From IMG/VR virus record IMGVR_UViG_3300028837_000518, positions 32,001 through 96,000 of that record: a stretch of DNA of 64,000 nucleotides; one strand, given 5' to 3'. This document shows positions 37,559 to 47,440 of this stretch, one piece after another. This DNA is from a virus. Numbering within the stretch: the stretch's first letter is position 1; each line of letters starts with the position of its first letter. A program made the translations under genes and the position numbers. The notes beneath the pieces are model-generated. The model was not told the origin of the DNA, ran no database searches, and saw only the letters and a list, made by a program, of their open reading frames with translations.

Positions 37559-38034
37559 ACTGCATGGAACACTCAGATTTAGCTGCAAGCCTTCACGTAC
37601 TTCATCCTAGCCCCGAGTGGGTATTTGTAACAGAAGTGCGGGTTAGGGCAGGATGGGCTGACTATAGCGAGCGCAATCAGGCTAATGCCGAGCGAATAAT
37701 AGATGCGTTTGCCATGAATACTTGGCCATCGCGTGGTCACTTGCGCATTGCCTATGAAGTGAAAACATCTCGTTCGGACTGGCTTAGAGAACTTCGCGAC
37801 CAAATGAAGAGTGTGCCGGCATACTATCTCAGTCACCGTTTCTACTACGTACTAGCCGAGGGGGTATGGCGTCCCCAAGATAGGTCAAATCCCGCACTAC
37901 GAAGCGCAGGAATTATTCTGGTAAGGCAGGGTAATTTTGAGAGGTTAAGAATTGCTACTAAACGAGTAGCCTGGCCAATGCCCGAGGGGTTTGTCGCCAT
38001 GCTACTAAGGCGAATGCAGGACGTGTCAACATGA
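37552..38034 (+). CDS. PD-(D/E)XK nuclease-like protein (MmcB-like)
   Basis: EVR..IDA..YEVKTSRSDW..FYYV. Confidence 0.7.
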   Translation: MLDCMEHSDLAASLHVLHPSPEWVFVTEVRVRAGWADYSERNQANAERIIDAFAMNTWPSRGHLRIAYEVKTSRSDWLRELRDQMKSVPAYYLSHRFYYVLAEGVWRPQDRSNPALRSAGIILVRQGNFERLRIATKRVAWPMPEGFVAMLLRRMQDVST

Positions 38035-38208
38035 ACCTTACTACATTAGGACGACTACTTAGAGCCTCACCTGGATTGCTTGTCGGGTTGGCCGGCGATA
38101 TTATAGTCGGTGTGGGCTGGTGGCTGTTAGATATAGGCGGAGCATTGTTACGCTGGAGTTGGAAGCAGTACGATCAGTTATCCTGGAAGCAATAAGTGGA
38201 GGTTTGCA

Positions 38209-38700
38209 ATGATGTTGGTTTACCTTGTTGGTCCAATTAGTGGTATGACGTGGGAGGAGTCAACAACTTAGCGACGTTATGTTGAACACGCACTTAGCAT
38301 AAGTAATATTGGTGTCCTCGACCCACTGCGCGGTAAACAATTTCTAGAGAAGCGAACAACTAATGGTGTTATCACGGGCACTTATGAAGATGACGCCATT
38401 ACAACAGCACAGGGTATTGCCGGGCGAGACATTAACGATGTACGGCGTTGCGACGCAGTGCTTGCTAACTTTCTAGGCGCACGCAAAGCCAGTCAGTTCT
38501 CGCTTATAGAAATAGGTATAGCATTCGAGTGCCGGAAGCCCATTATAATTGTAGTAGATAAAACAGGCAATCCGCACAACCACTCATTAATAGAGGAACG
38601 CATTGCCACTTATACAACCGATAACCTCGATGAGGCTATAGATTTGACAAAACATCTTCTCGCGCCTATTCCAACGACCACCCTCACTATTATGGGTTAA
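38209..38700 (+). pseudogene. nucleoside 2-deoxyribosyltransferase-like gene with in-frame TAG at 38269
   Basis: VYLVGPISG..TT*RR..RDINDVRRCDAVLANF..IEIGIA..KPII. Confidence 0.75.
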
Positions 38701-38711
38701 TATGGAGTTCA

Positions 38712-39392
38712 ATGCTAACACTAGGACCTTACACCTTGGGACCTAATGACACACCCGAGAACGGGGTGTATGTAGGTGATGCACGGGAGTTAGCGCGTGC
38801 TATTCCTGACGAGTCAGTAGACCTAATTTTCACAGACCCACCATGGGATAACAATAGCGTAGTTTTATATGATGACTTAGCACAAATGGCTATACGTATT
38901 CTCAAGCCTGGTAGTCTCGTCTTTGCATATACAGGAAATGACTGGCTGCCTCGCATAATGCAGGCCATGAGTAATGCTGGCCTATCTTGGCTTCGTATGT
39001 TTGCAGGCATACAACTTGCTAGCAATAATAGATATTTTCGCAAGCGTTTGTTTGTAAAGTGGCGACCAATTGTAGTCTATGTTAAAGGTGAATATAATCC
39101 CAAGAGTTGGCTCCCTGATGCTCTGCCAACTAACCGTGATAAACGGTATCATCCCCGGGGCCAAGGTGCAAAGCCTGTCCTTCGATGGATTCAGAATGCA
39201 AGTCCACCAAACGCTATCGTATTAGACCCGTTTGTAGGTGGTGGAACATTTATCGCCGTGTGTAAAATGCTTAGTCGGCGTTTTCTAGCTTTTGATATTG
39301 ACTCAAGCGCGGCAGACATAGCTCGTCAGCACGTGCGCGATACTCAACCACCACTATTTGTACTGAAGCCAAAGCAGGGGGACTTACTGTGA
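38712..39392 (+). CDS. DNA methyltransferase (beta class)
   Basis: TDPPW..DPFVGGGT. Confidence 0.85.
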   Translation: MLTLGPYTLGPNDTPENGVYVGDARELARAIPDESVDLIFTDPPWDNNSVVLYDDLAQMAIRILKPGSLVFAYTGNDWLPRIMQAMSNAGLSWLRMFAGIQLASNNRYFRKRLFVKWRPIVVYVKGEYNPKSWLPDALPTNRDKRYHPRGQGAKPVLRWIQNASPPNAIVLDPFVGGGTFIAVCKMLSRRFLAFDIDSSAADIARQHVRDTQPPLFVLKPKQGDLL

Positions 39393-40069
39393 GTATTGGA
39401 CCGTATCAACTCGGCCCAAACAATACAGCTGAGAATGGAATATATACGGGAGATGCACGCGATCTTGCACGTGCTATCCCTGATGAGTCGGTGGACCTCA
39501 TCTTTACCGACCCCGTGTATCAAAACATTGATGATTACCGGTGGTTGACAGAGATGGGGGCGAGAGTGTTAGTGGATGGTGGAAGTTGTATTGCGCAAAT
39601 TGGACCAGAGTATATGCCAGAGGTTCTGGCTGCAATGACACCCGCACTAGATTGGGTTTGGGAGTTAATGGAATGGTATGGCTCTGGCGCGGGCAAAATC
39701 TGGTACAAACGTATCTTTTTAGCTCATAAGCCGTGGCTTTGGTTTAGTAAGGGGCCACGAGCGGGCAAGTGGGTTAGAACTGGTGGGCAATCAGTAAGAG
39801 ACAAAAACCACCATCGGTGGGGAGACAGTGCGGGATTTATGCTCCCCTATATTCGTGCCCTATGTCCCCAAGATGGGGTTACCCTCGACCCATTCACCGG
39901 AGGCGGTACTGTTCCCGCCGCCTGTAAAATGCTGAATCGCTGTTACTTGGCTTTTGAGATTGAACCAGATACGGCAGATGATGCACGTCAGCGTATACGT
40001 GAAACTCAACCACCGCTGCCACTAGAGATACCGACACAAGGAAAGCCACTAAATGAGTGTCTACGTTGA
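39389..40069 (+). CDS. DNA methyltransferase (beta class, variant DPVY)
   Basis: TDPVY..DPFTGGGT. Confidence 0.8.
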   Translation: MSIGPYQLGPNNTAENGIYTGDARDLARAIPDESVDLIFTDPVYQNIDDYRWLTEMGARVLVDGGSCIAQIGPEYMPEVLAAMTPALDWVWELMEWYGSGAGKIWYKRIFLAHKPWLWFSKGPRAGKWVRTGGQSVRDKNHHRWGDSAGFMLPYIRALCPQDGVTLDPFTGGGTVPAACKMLNRCYLAFEIEPDTADDARQRIRETQPPLPLEIPTQGKPLNECLR

Positions 40070-40322
40070 TGAGCTAAGAACTTATATCATTCACCAGCGA
40101 CATGGCCCGCAGTGGTGTCATTTACTAGCTGACAGTGTAGCAGAATTACACGTCTTTGCAACTCGTCTTGGTCTAAAACGTCACTGGTTCCAAGACGGGC
40201 GCTGGCCTCATTATGACCTAACAGTAAATAAGCGTGCACTGGCTATTCAATTAGGGGCTAAAGAGATACATAGTCGAGACTGGATAACAGCTCATAGTGA
40301 AGAATTACCGGGGAGGAGTTAG
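40053..40322 (+). CDS. DUF4031-like protein
   Basis: VYVD..WCHLLAD..ELHVFA..LGLKRHWFQ..PHYDL. Confidence 0.8.
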   Translation: MSVYVDELRTYIIHQRHGPQWCHLLADSVAELHVFATRLGLKRHWFQDGRWPHYDLTVNKRALAIQLGAKEIHSRDWITAHSEELPGRS

Positions 40323-40448
40323 CGACAATGCTAAATAGCAGGGAATAATGAAACTTAACGAGCACAGTGGTAGATTGTATTGGCGCTGTCCACGATGCGG
40401 TAATCGGTATACTCTGTCTATGTGCTTGCAACGCGAGCCGAAGAACCC

Positions 40449-40889
40449 GTGAGACTAGAATTACAGCCTATCTCATACCCAGAAGCTTGCGCATTCATCA
40501 AAGAGCATCATAGCCATCACCTGCCACCGCAGGGATGGAAGTTCGGAATCGCTGTCAATGATGGTGAGAAAATCGTCGGCGTTGTAACGGTGGGGCGTCC
40601 AGTGGCGCGACACCATGATGATGGGTGGACGCTTGAAGTCACTCGTTGTTGTACGGATGGAACTAAAAACGCAGCAAGTAAACTCTACGCGGCGGCGAGT
40701 CGTGCGTGTCATGCACTAGGCTATAAGCGTCTCATTACTTATACACTTCTAGAGGAGCCGGGAACATGTCTTCGTGTGGCAGGATGGAAGGTCATTAGTA
40801 TCTCGCATGGTGGCACGTGGAACCGAAAGGCCAGACCTAGGATAGATAAGCACCAAACTGGTCAGAAACGGCTTTGGGAGGGGCCATGA
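40449..40889 (+). CDS. XF1762-family (GNAT/Mom-like) protein
   Basis: AFIKEHHSHH..GRPVAR..LEVTRCCTDG..NAASKLY..ITYTL. Confidence 0.75.
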   Translation: MRLELQPISYPEACAFIKEHHSHHLPPQGWKFGIAVNDGEKIVGVVTVGRPVARHHDDGWTLEVTRCCTDGTKNAASKLYAAASRACHALGYKRLITYTLLEEPGTCLRVAGWKVISISHGGTWNRKARPRIDKHQTGQKRLWEGP

Positions 40890-41356
40890 TTATTCTTTTA
40901 CTACTTCTACTCATCTTCCCCCCATTATTGCCATGCGCGTTTCACGGTATAGTGACTATTAATGGTGTCAATGCACCTGAAGGTACATTCATTACTATGG
41001 GAGGGGATGGGGAGACAGTTTATGCCCGAACTACAGTATTCCCATATGAGGATATATCAGTTTACCGCATTAATATACCGGGTGATGATCCCGATACACC
41101 CGAGCGCGAAGGCGGTATAGAGAGTGAAGAAATATGGGCCAAAGTATCTGATGATATTCAGATCGAGGAAACGCGAACTTGGAGCTCTGGCGAGCCGTCA
41201 GAGTATTGGGATTTAGTTATAACAGGAGGTGCCACAGTAACGCCGACTATACCACCACCACCGGCGACTGTGTTTCTCCCGCTGATTATGAATAATTACC
41301 CCCAAGTGGTCAGCGGGGGAAGTAGTATGGGGGATAAATATGAAGAGGGGACCTAA
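40886..41356 (+). CDS. secreted protein with Pro/Thr linker and FLPLI tail
   Basis: hydrophobic N-terminus, TVTPTIPPPPATVFLPLIM. Confidence 0.65.
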   Translation: MIILLLLLLIFPPLLPCAFHGIVTINGVNAPEGTFITMGGDGETVYARTTVFPYEDISVYRINIPGDDPDTPEREGGIESEEIWAKVSDDIQIEETRTWSSGEPSEYWDLVITGGATVTPTIPPPPATVFLPLIMNNYPQVVSGGSSMGDKYEEGT

Positions 41357-41648
41357 ACCTCGAAAGCTACCTGTAATGATCGCACAGCAGATTATCACTC
41401 GCTATCAAGCCGGCGAGATAGGCACCGACCTTTGCAGTGAGTACCATATAGGTTATGATAGGTTTCGCAATATCCTAGCAGTACATAGTGTCAAGATACG
41501 CCCGTATAGGCGAAGGCGCAGAACAAAGGACACACGGGAGCGGTGCAGGAGTTGTGGCATCATATTGGAAGAATGTGAGGACTGGGAGCGAGCACTGGAG
41601 CGCGATGGGCTGTGCGGGGGGACTGTGTGCCGAAAGATTATATTATGA
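41340..41648 (+). CDS. HTH plus zinc-ribbon protein
   Basis: paralog of 18229-18816. Confidence 0.55.
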   Translation: MKRGPKPRKLPVMIAQQIITRYQAGEIGTDLCSEYHIGYDRFRNILAVHSVKIRPYRRRRRTKDTRERCRSCGIILEECEDWERALERDGLCGGTVCRKIIL

Positions 41649-41695
41649 GGAGGGGAGACAATGAGAATACTGCTAGCATGGAAGAAGGTCGCGAC

Positions 41696-41893
41696 ATGAG
41701 AACCAAAAGAGTGTTGTGGTCTCTAGCTCTAGCAATCATCTTTAGCCTGAGCTTGCTTACTGTTCAGGCTTGGCGACACTATACCATCTACCTGCCATTA
41801 GTGATAGGGGGTGGTAGAGAAAGCGGGCAAGTCAAACCAACTCCCACTGCGATACCTATACTAACAGATATGACCAAAAGTAAAGGAGAATAA
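41696..41893 (+). CDS. small secreted protein with YLPLV motif
   Basis: signal peptide, YTIYLPLVIGG, PTPTAIP. Confidence 0.6.
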   Translation: MRTKRVLWSLALAIIFSLSLLTVQAWRHYTIYLPLVIGGGRESGQVKPTPTAIPILTDMTKSKGE

Positions 41894-42082
41894 GATATGA
41901 AACTACAGTGTCCAACATGCAAAAGAGAATTGAAGGTAAACCCCAAACGTGAAGCGTGTCTTGCATGTGGAGTTATTGATCACAAAACATGCGCCACATG
42001 TGGAACCACGGTAACTCTGCGCTTTCCACCATCTTTGCTTGTGCTGCAGTAATCTTCTACAATGTATTTATGAGGTAGAGAA

Positions 42083-42331
42083 ATGGGACTTAGTCGACCG
42101 ATGAAGTGGGTACTTTTCTTAATGCAAACAGAGAACGTTAGCATTGAGCGCTTCCTGCGAACTTACCGTTTCTACCCATGGCTCCAAAGTACTAAAGCAC
42201 ATCCAAGCCGAGTCACAGTACGAGCACTAGAAAACAAAGGGTATATCGTGCTAGAACGCAGAGGCGAACGAAATCTCTGGGTTCTTACTGATAGCGGCAG
42301 AAGACAACCCGTAATAAAGGAGAAGGCATGA
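42083..42331 (+). CDS. winged-helix-like protein
   Basis: TVRALENKGYI..WVLTDSGR. Confidence 0.55.
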   Translation: MGLSRPMKWVLFLMQTENVSIERFLRTYRFYPWLQSTKAHPSRVTVRALENKGYIVLERRGERNLWVLTDSGRRQPVIKEKA

Positions 42332-42529
42332 GAGTCGTAACTATGTTTTGTTTGTTTAATGCTACGTGTTTGTTTTGGGCGCGAAAGCTGGGTTACATTG
42401 GCAATAAAGATATATGGGGTTTTGTAGCATTCGTAGCATTTGGCGTAATTTCTGCAATGACTGAATATGGTCAGAAATACAGTCAATCAATAACATAATA
42501 CTATTACAACTACTACCTGGAGGAACAAG

Positions 42530-43945
42530 ATGAAACCACTTAACGTGTTTAATGTTAGACTTGGACTAGCAACTAATAGTAGTAGTTCGCACAGTATTAT
42601 ATTCACTGAGCAGCGCGTTCGAGATAGCTATGATAACTTAGAAGGGTTTGGCTGGGATTTCTTTACACTTGCGTCGCAACAAGCAAAGGAATCGTACTTT
42701 CAAGTCGCACTATATCAAACCCTACGCCATACCGTAGGCAAAGACATTGCAAGGATGGTTGCACAGTCATTTGTGATGGAGCCACACCACCTCACAGAAT
42801 CAGCTAACTATCTATTCCCCTACATTGATCATCAGAGTGCGCCGACAATTCCTAGTGACTGGGGTGGGCATGGGATAGACATGGAGTTTGCACAGGACTT
42901 CTACAACTTCCTCATGCAAGATAACTTAGTAGTGCTTGGCGGTAATGATAACGACGGAAAGGTTCACCCCCTAGCTATTAATGGTGCCGTAACATTACCA
43001 TTTGCTAACTGGGGAAGTTCAGCGGCATGGGTGGCACGCAAAGACCACGCACATAACTACTGGACACTTTTCAGCCGCACATCAGGTGCAAAGCTTAGAT
43101 TTGGTTTCAATGAAGACATGACAGCGCCAGCCCGGGCTTCTGTACCTGAACTAGTAGATATAAAGATTACAGACTACTGCGACCACAATTGTCCTTGGTG
43201 CTACCAAAGCTCGTCTGTTGACGGTAAACATGCTGATTATATCCACCCAATTACAAAGGCACTAGGCGAGCTAAAAGTCTTTGAAGTTGCGCTAGGTGGT
43301 GGCGAGCCAACCCTACATCCTAGATTTACCTCAATACTCCGAGACTTTCAATATTGCGGTGTAGTGCCAAACTTCACCACCCATAAACTAGCTTGGCTTC
43401 GTGATGATAGCCTGAGACAAGAGGTTCTTGCATCCTGTGGTGCATTCGCATACACTCCAGATAATATAGAGCAAGCACGAGCACTATGCTCTCTAGTAGA
43501 CGTACATGAAATTAACCCACGGCGAGTATCAATACAACTTATTGCTGGATTTTGGGAAGGGCCAGTCTTTGAGAAACTTCTTAGTCTAGCCCATGTTCAC
43601 AATATTGGTGTTACACTTCTAGGCTATAAGGCTACAGGTCGTGGTGCTAACTATAGATACCAACCGACACGTGAAAGCCTCGATGAAATGTGGACGGTAA
43701 TTCTTAAGTTGCGAGCAGTGTATGGTGCTCCGCGAATTTCCATAGATACCGTACTGGCCGAGCAGCTAAAAGATAAACTTGTAGAGACCGAGATTCCGCA
43801 CTGGCTATACCATACGAGTGATGGTACATTCTCCTACTACATTGACGCCGTAAGTAAAAAGATAGGACCGTCGTCTTACTGTCCAACTTATCGACTTATT
43901 GATATGAGCGCGGACTTAACGGCGCAAATAGCACGAGTATTTTAA
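42530..43945 (+). CDS. radical SAM protein with N-terminal TNSSS domain
   Basis: RLGLATNSSSSHS; CDHNCPWCY; GGGEPTLHP. Confidence 0.85.
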   Translation: MKPLNVFNVRLGLATNSSSSHSIIFTEQRVRDSYDNLEGFGWDFFTLASQQAKESYFQVALYQTLRHTVGKDIARMVAQSFVMEPHHLTESANYLFPYIDHQSAPTIPSDWGGHGIDMEFAQDFYNFLMQDNLVVLGGNDNDGKVHPLAINGAVTLPFANWGSSAAWVARKDHAHNYWTLFSRTSGAKLRFGFNEDMTAPARASVPELVDIKITDYCDHNCPWCYQSSSVDGKHADYIHPITKALGELKVFEVALGGGEPTLHPRFTSILRDFQYCGVVPNFTTHKLAWLRDDSLRQEVLASCGAFAYTPDNIEQARALCSLVDVHEINPRRVSIQLIAGFWEGPVFEKLLSLAHVHNIGVTLLGYKATGRGANYRYQPTRESLDEMWTVILKLRAVYGAPRISIDTVLAEQLKDKLVETEIPHWLYHTSDGTFSYYIDAVSKKIGPSSYCPTYRLIDMSADLTAQIARVF

Positions 43946-44291
43946 TATAATGGATATTACATCAACAAGTTGGATTGAGTACGGCTTGGGTCAGAGCGCT
44001 ACCCCCTTTGCGTGCGCAAAGGAAAAAGCACTATCCTGGTATCGCTTTATAATATCGGTAATCTACTCCGGACAATATGATGATGTAATAGTAGGTGAGT
44101 TAAGAGAGGGAGTTCTTGCACAAATGAATGATGAAGTGCGTGCCGAGTTTGATAAACTAGTACAAAGTGGCTAAGTGTAAGCATAATAGCCTTAAACTAA
44201 AAGAACCATATGTGAAGGGTGAGCCCATGATCTTCATATGCCTAGACTGCGATCAAGAAATTACAAGAAGCAAGCACAAGAGAGGGGCAAA

Positions 44292-44651
44292 ATGACTCAC
44301 CAATATCCTGAATCAGTTAATATTCTTGGCGTAAATTACGCTATAGCGTATCACGACAATCCTGCGGAGGTAGACATATATAAACGCGAGTCGTTATGGG
44401 GGCAAATAGATTACTGGACACGTACTATTCGCATCTATGATAATGAACGTCCCAAGCAGGATGTTTGGCAAACGATTCTTCATGAGGTAATGCATGGCAT
44501 TATGAATATGTTACACTTGAACAAGCTGCATGATGACGCTGCGCATAGTGAAATGGATTCATTAGCACTGGCTCTCACGGATGTATTTGTAAGAAATGGA
44601 TGGTTGGTAGGAGTGCGGGAGGATGACGCGGATGACGTGGAAAGAATCTAG
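44292..44651 (+). CDS. HExxH zinc metallopeptidase-like protein
   Basis: TILHEVMHG. Confidence 0.7.
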   Translation: MTHQYPESVNILGVNYAIAYHDNPAEVDIYKRESLWGQIDYWTRTIRIYDNERPKQDVWQTILHEVMHGIMNMLHLNKLHDDAAHSEMDSLALALTDVFVRNGWLVGVREDDADDVERI

Positions 44652-45498
44652 CATTTCTTGGACAGATTACTCAGGTGGTGCCGCAAACTTTGTGTTGGGC
44701 TGTACGCCTATATCGTTGGGATGCAAGAACTGTTATGCTCATCGTAATTTCAGGCGGTTTGGCAAAGACTTTTCCAAGGTAGTTTGTAGTCCAAAGAAGC
44801 TCAGGGGACTAGCTAGTACCAGATTTCCAGTATTCAGCCCTAAGCGTGGTGCACCACATAAACCCATGGTGTTTGTAGTAAACATGGGAGACCTCTTTCA
44901 CACATCAGTTACAGACGAGTTTCTCTTAGATGTGTTTAGAATGTTTCAGGCTCGCCCGAATGTAGTTTGGCAAGTACTAACAAAACGCGCAGATCGAATG
45001 CGACGATTCATACTTAAGTATCTAGCGCATCCCTATAGTGAATTTGGACGCTGTACCACAAAGCATCCCTGGCCCTTCCCTCATGTCTGGCTTAACGTGT
45101 CAGTAGAGTCACCACAGTATCTCTGGCGAGTTCGAGAATTGCTAGACACACCAGCCGCTATACGGGGTGTAAGTTTAGAACCACTACTTGCTCCCGTAGA
45201 TTTGCGACCTTGGATGTTTGATGGTATGGGGCATGATAATCACCCCAAATATAAAAGGTATGAGTACCCCACGGGTGCAATTGACTGGGTTGTTGTTGGC
45301 GGCGAGTCAGGTCCAAATCATCGCGCCTTTAATAAACAGTGGGCAATAGACATTCGTAATCACTGTATCGGCCATACACCATTCTTCTTTAAGCAGTCTG
45401 CCGGTCTCTACCCCGGTACAGACCCTACGCTTAATGGACAAATCTATCAGCAATGGCCAGGATATAAAGCAATTAGACACAATAACTGGACACAATAA
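44623..45498 (+). CDS. DUF5131 (phage Gp37/Gp68) radical-SAM-like protein
   Basis: ISWTD..GCTPISLGCKNCYA..MGDLFH..LTKR..SLEPLL..GGESG..FFFKQ. Confidence 0.9.
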   Translation: MTRMTWKESSISWTDYSGGAANFVLGCTPISLGCKNCYAHRNFRRFGKDFSKVVCSPKKLRGLASTRFPVFSPKRGAPHKPMVFVVNMGDLFHTSVTDEFLLDVFRMFQARPNVVWQVLTKRADRMRRFILKYLAHPYSEFGRCTTKHPWPFPHVWLNVSVESPQYLWRVRELLDTPAAIRGVSLEPLLAPVDLRPWMFDGMGHDNHPKYKRYEYPTGAIDWVVVGGESGPNHRAFNKQWAIDIRNHCIGHTPFFFKQSAGLYPGTDPTLNGQIYQQWPGYKAIRHNNWTQ

Positions 45499-45759
45499 TT
45501 GGACACCTTGCTAATAAAAAGGAAAGCACAACATGACAAGGCGCAACGTGGCAGAGTCAAATTGGTTACGGTGCGAGCAATGCACGCACTGGCATTACGT
45601 AGATGGTATGGCATGGCATAGCAGGCAAAACAGACCTATTAATGGCATCTGCGTTAACCCAGAGTCAGATCACTGTGGCCATGTACTTGATAGACAGCAC
45701 CATATTTGCAACCCAGACCATTACCTTCCGTTAGTTAAAGCTCGCTGGTGGGAAAAATA

Positions 45760-46113
45760 ATGTCATGGCAAGCAACACTAAGCATAATTAAGAAGTCAAT
45801 AAGGGCTGAAGGCTGGCGAATACTCTACAAGGACCTAGAAAAAATCAGGACACCAGATGGCATACGTGCTGTTACAGAATCCATTGACTTTGTTGGTAGA
45901 ATAATCTATCTCCCCAAGGCGACACAGGGCACAGAGGAAACCCTGCAACAATTGGCAGATGTGTGGTTGAGCATACAGGGTGTTATTGCGTTTGAGAATC
46001 GAATGAAATCAACAATTAATGAAAGAACTGATGAGCCCAAGGAAATAACAGCAATAACACTACCGCTCTCTCTATTGGACAAAAACACAAAAGTGTGCTA
46101 TGATGACGGATAG
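45760..46113 (+). CDS. hypothetical protein
   Basis: packed ORF. Confidence 0.45.
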   Translation: MSWQATLSIIKKSIRAEGWRILYKDLEKIRTPDGIRAVTESIDFVGRIIYLPKATQGTEETLQQLADVWLSIQGVIAFENRMKSTINERTDEPKEITAITLPLSLLDKNTKVCYDDG

Positions 46114-46147
46114 TATTAGTCATATAGCAAAAAGGAGAGATTGGTAA

Positions 46148-47323
46148 GTGCTTAGAATACTTTGGCATTCCAATGCGGTTTGGGCAAGAAGTGGTTATGG
46201 TGGTCAGAGCAAGATAAATGGTGAAGCGATAGCACAACTGGGTCATACAGTACATTATAGCGCTAACTGGGGACTACAGGGTTCCATAGTTGACCTCGAT
46301 GCGAATACGAAGGTTTATCCGTCGCTACGTGCTGAATCTGGTGATGACCTATTACTTCCCAGTCATGCCGAAGCCATGAAGGCTGATATTGTTATTACTC
46401 TATATGATGCTTGGACTTTTGATCCAGTAATTACAAAGCAGTTTTGTTGGATTCCATGGTTGCCAATTGACATGGATAGAATATCAAAACAGCACTATCA
46501 GGCATTAGCACCGGCATATCGGGTAATTGCATTCACGCGGTATGGCCAAAAGAAGCTTAAGGAAGTAGGTATAGAGTCAAGTTATGTTCCCCACTCACTA
46601 GACACTCGTATATGGCGACCACTTGACAAAGCCGAAGCCCGTGAAGGCCTTGGTTTTCCGCCTGATAAATTTATAGTATTAGTAACGGCAATGAATAAGG
46701 GCTACCCAGCGCGAAAGGCATTTCCCGAGATATTATGGGCGTGGAAAGCATTTGCCGAGGGTAAGAAAGATAAAGTTCTGCTTCACTTCCACTCTAATGA
46801 TGGCCCTGCTATCGGTGGCCCCAGTATCAGGGGAATGGCCAGCGAACTAGGCATTACGCCCGAGACACTTTCTATTGCTGATCAGTACTCGTACTTTCTG
46901 GGTTACAAAACATCCTATATGGTTGGACTTACTAACGCGGCTGATGTGCTACTTCTTCCCAGCTATGGTGAAGGATTTGGGATTCCCCTCATCGAAGCGC
47001 AAAGCGTAGGCGTACCTGTAATCACCAGCGACTTTGGCGCTATGAAGGAACTATGCAATGCTGGTTGGTTGGTAGAGGGGCAGCCCTTTCTTAATGTGTT
47101 GGCCGGTTTTTACCAAGTCCCCTTCATTGACAGTATTGTGGCTGCACTTGAGGAATCATATAAGTGCCGCGGTGATACTAGCTTGTCGGAACAGGCTATA
47201 GAAAGTATGAAGCAGTATGATATTCGTTATGTTACCCAAGAGCATTGGACACCAGTGTTAGATGAGATTGAAGAGTCTTTGAGTACCGGTGGCGAGCTAA
47301 ATCTCTTTGAGGGGCTAGAGTGA
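46148..47323 (+). CDS. GT-B (family 4-like) glycosyltransferase
   Basis: SGYG, RK, PSYGEGFGIPLIEAQSVGVPVI. Confidence 0.9.
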   Translation: MLRILWHSNAVWARSGYGGQSKINGEAIAQLGHTVHYSANWGLQGSIVDLDANTKVYPSLRAESGDDLLLPSHAEAMKADIVITLYDAWTFDPVITKQFCWIPWLPIDMDRISKQHYQALAPAYRVIAFTRYGQKKLKEVGIESSYVPHSLDTRIWRPLDKAEAREGLGFPPDKFIVLVTAMNKGYPARKAFPEILWAWKAFAEGKKDKVLLHFHSNDGPAIGGPSIRGMASELGITPETLSIADQYSYFLGYKTSYMVGLTNAADVLLLPSYGEGFGIPLIEAQSVGVPVITSDFGAMKELCNAGWLVEGQPFLNVLAGFYQVPFIDSIVAALEESYKCRGDTSLSEQAIESMKQYDIRYVTQEHWTPVLDEIEESLSTGGELNLFEGLE

Positions 47324-47440
47324 TAGACTTCATATTTATGCGTAAAGCATTAGTTACAGATTTCACCATAGCTTCCGGTGTAATGTCTGTTTTCATTCTC
47401 TTCTGGTTAATAGGTAAAGTAGCACGCCGGTTGTTCACCA

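Noticed and set aside
5076-38700. Genome-wide TAG reassignment (genetic code 15)
   Set aside because: TAG is the evident terminal stop of many genes (Ubl, rsr, thyX), long genes have no internal TAG, TGA and TAA interruptions also occur, and no suppressor tRNA was seen.
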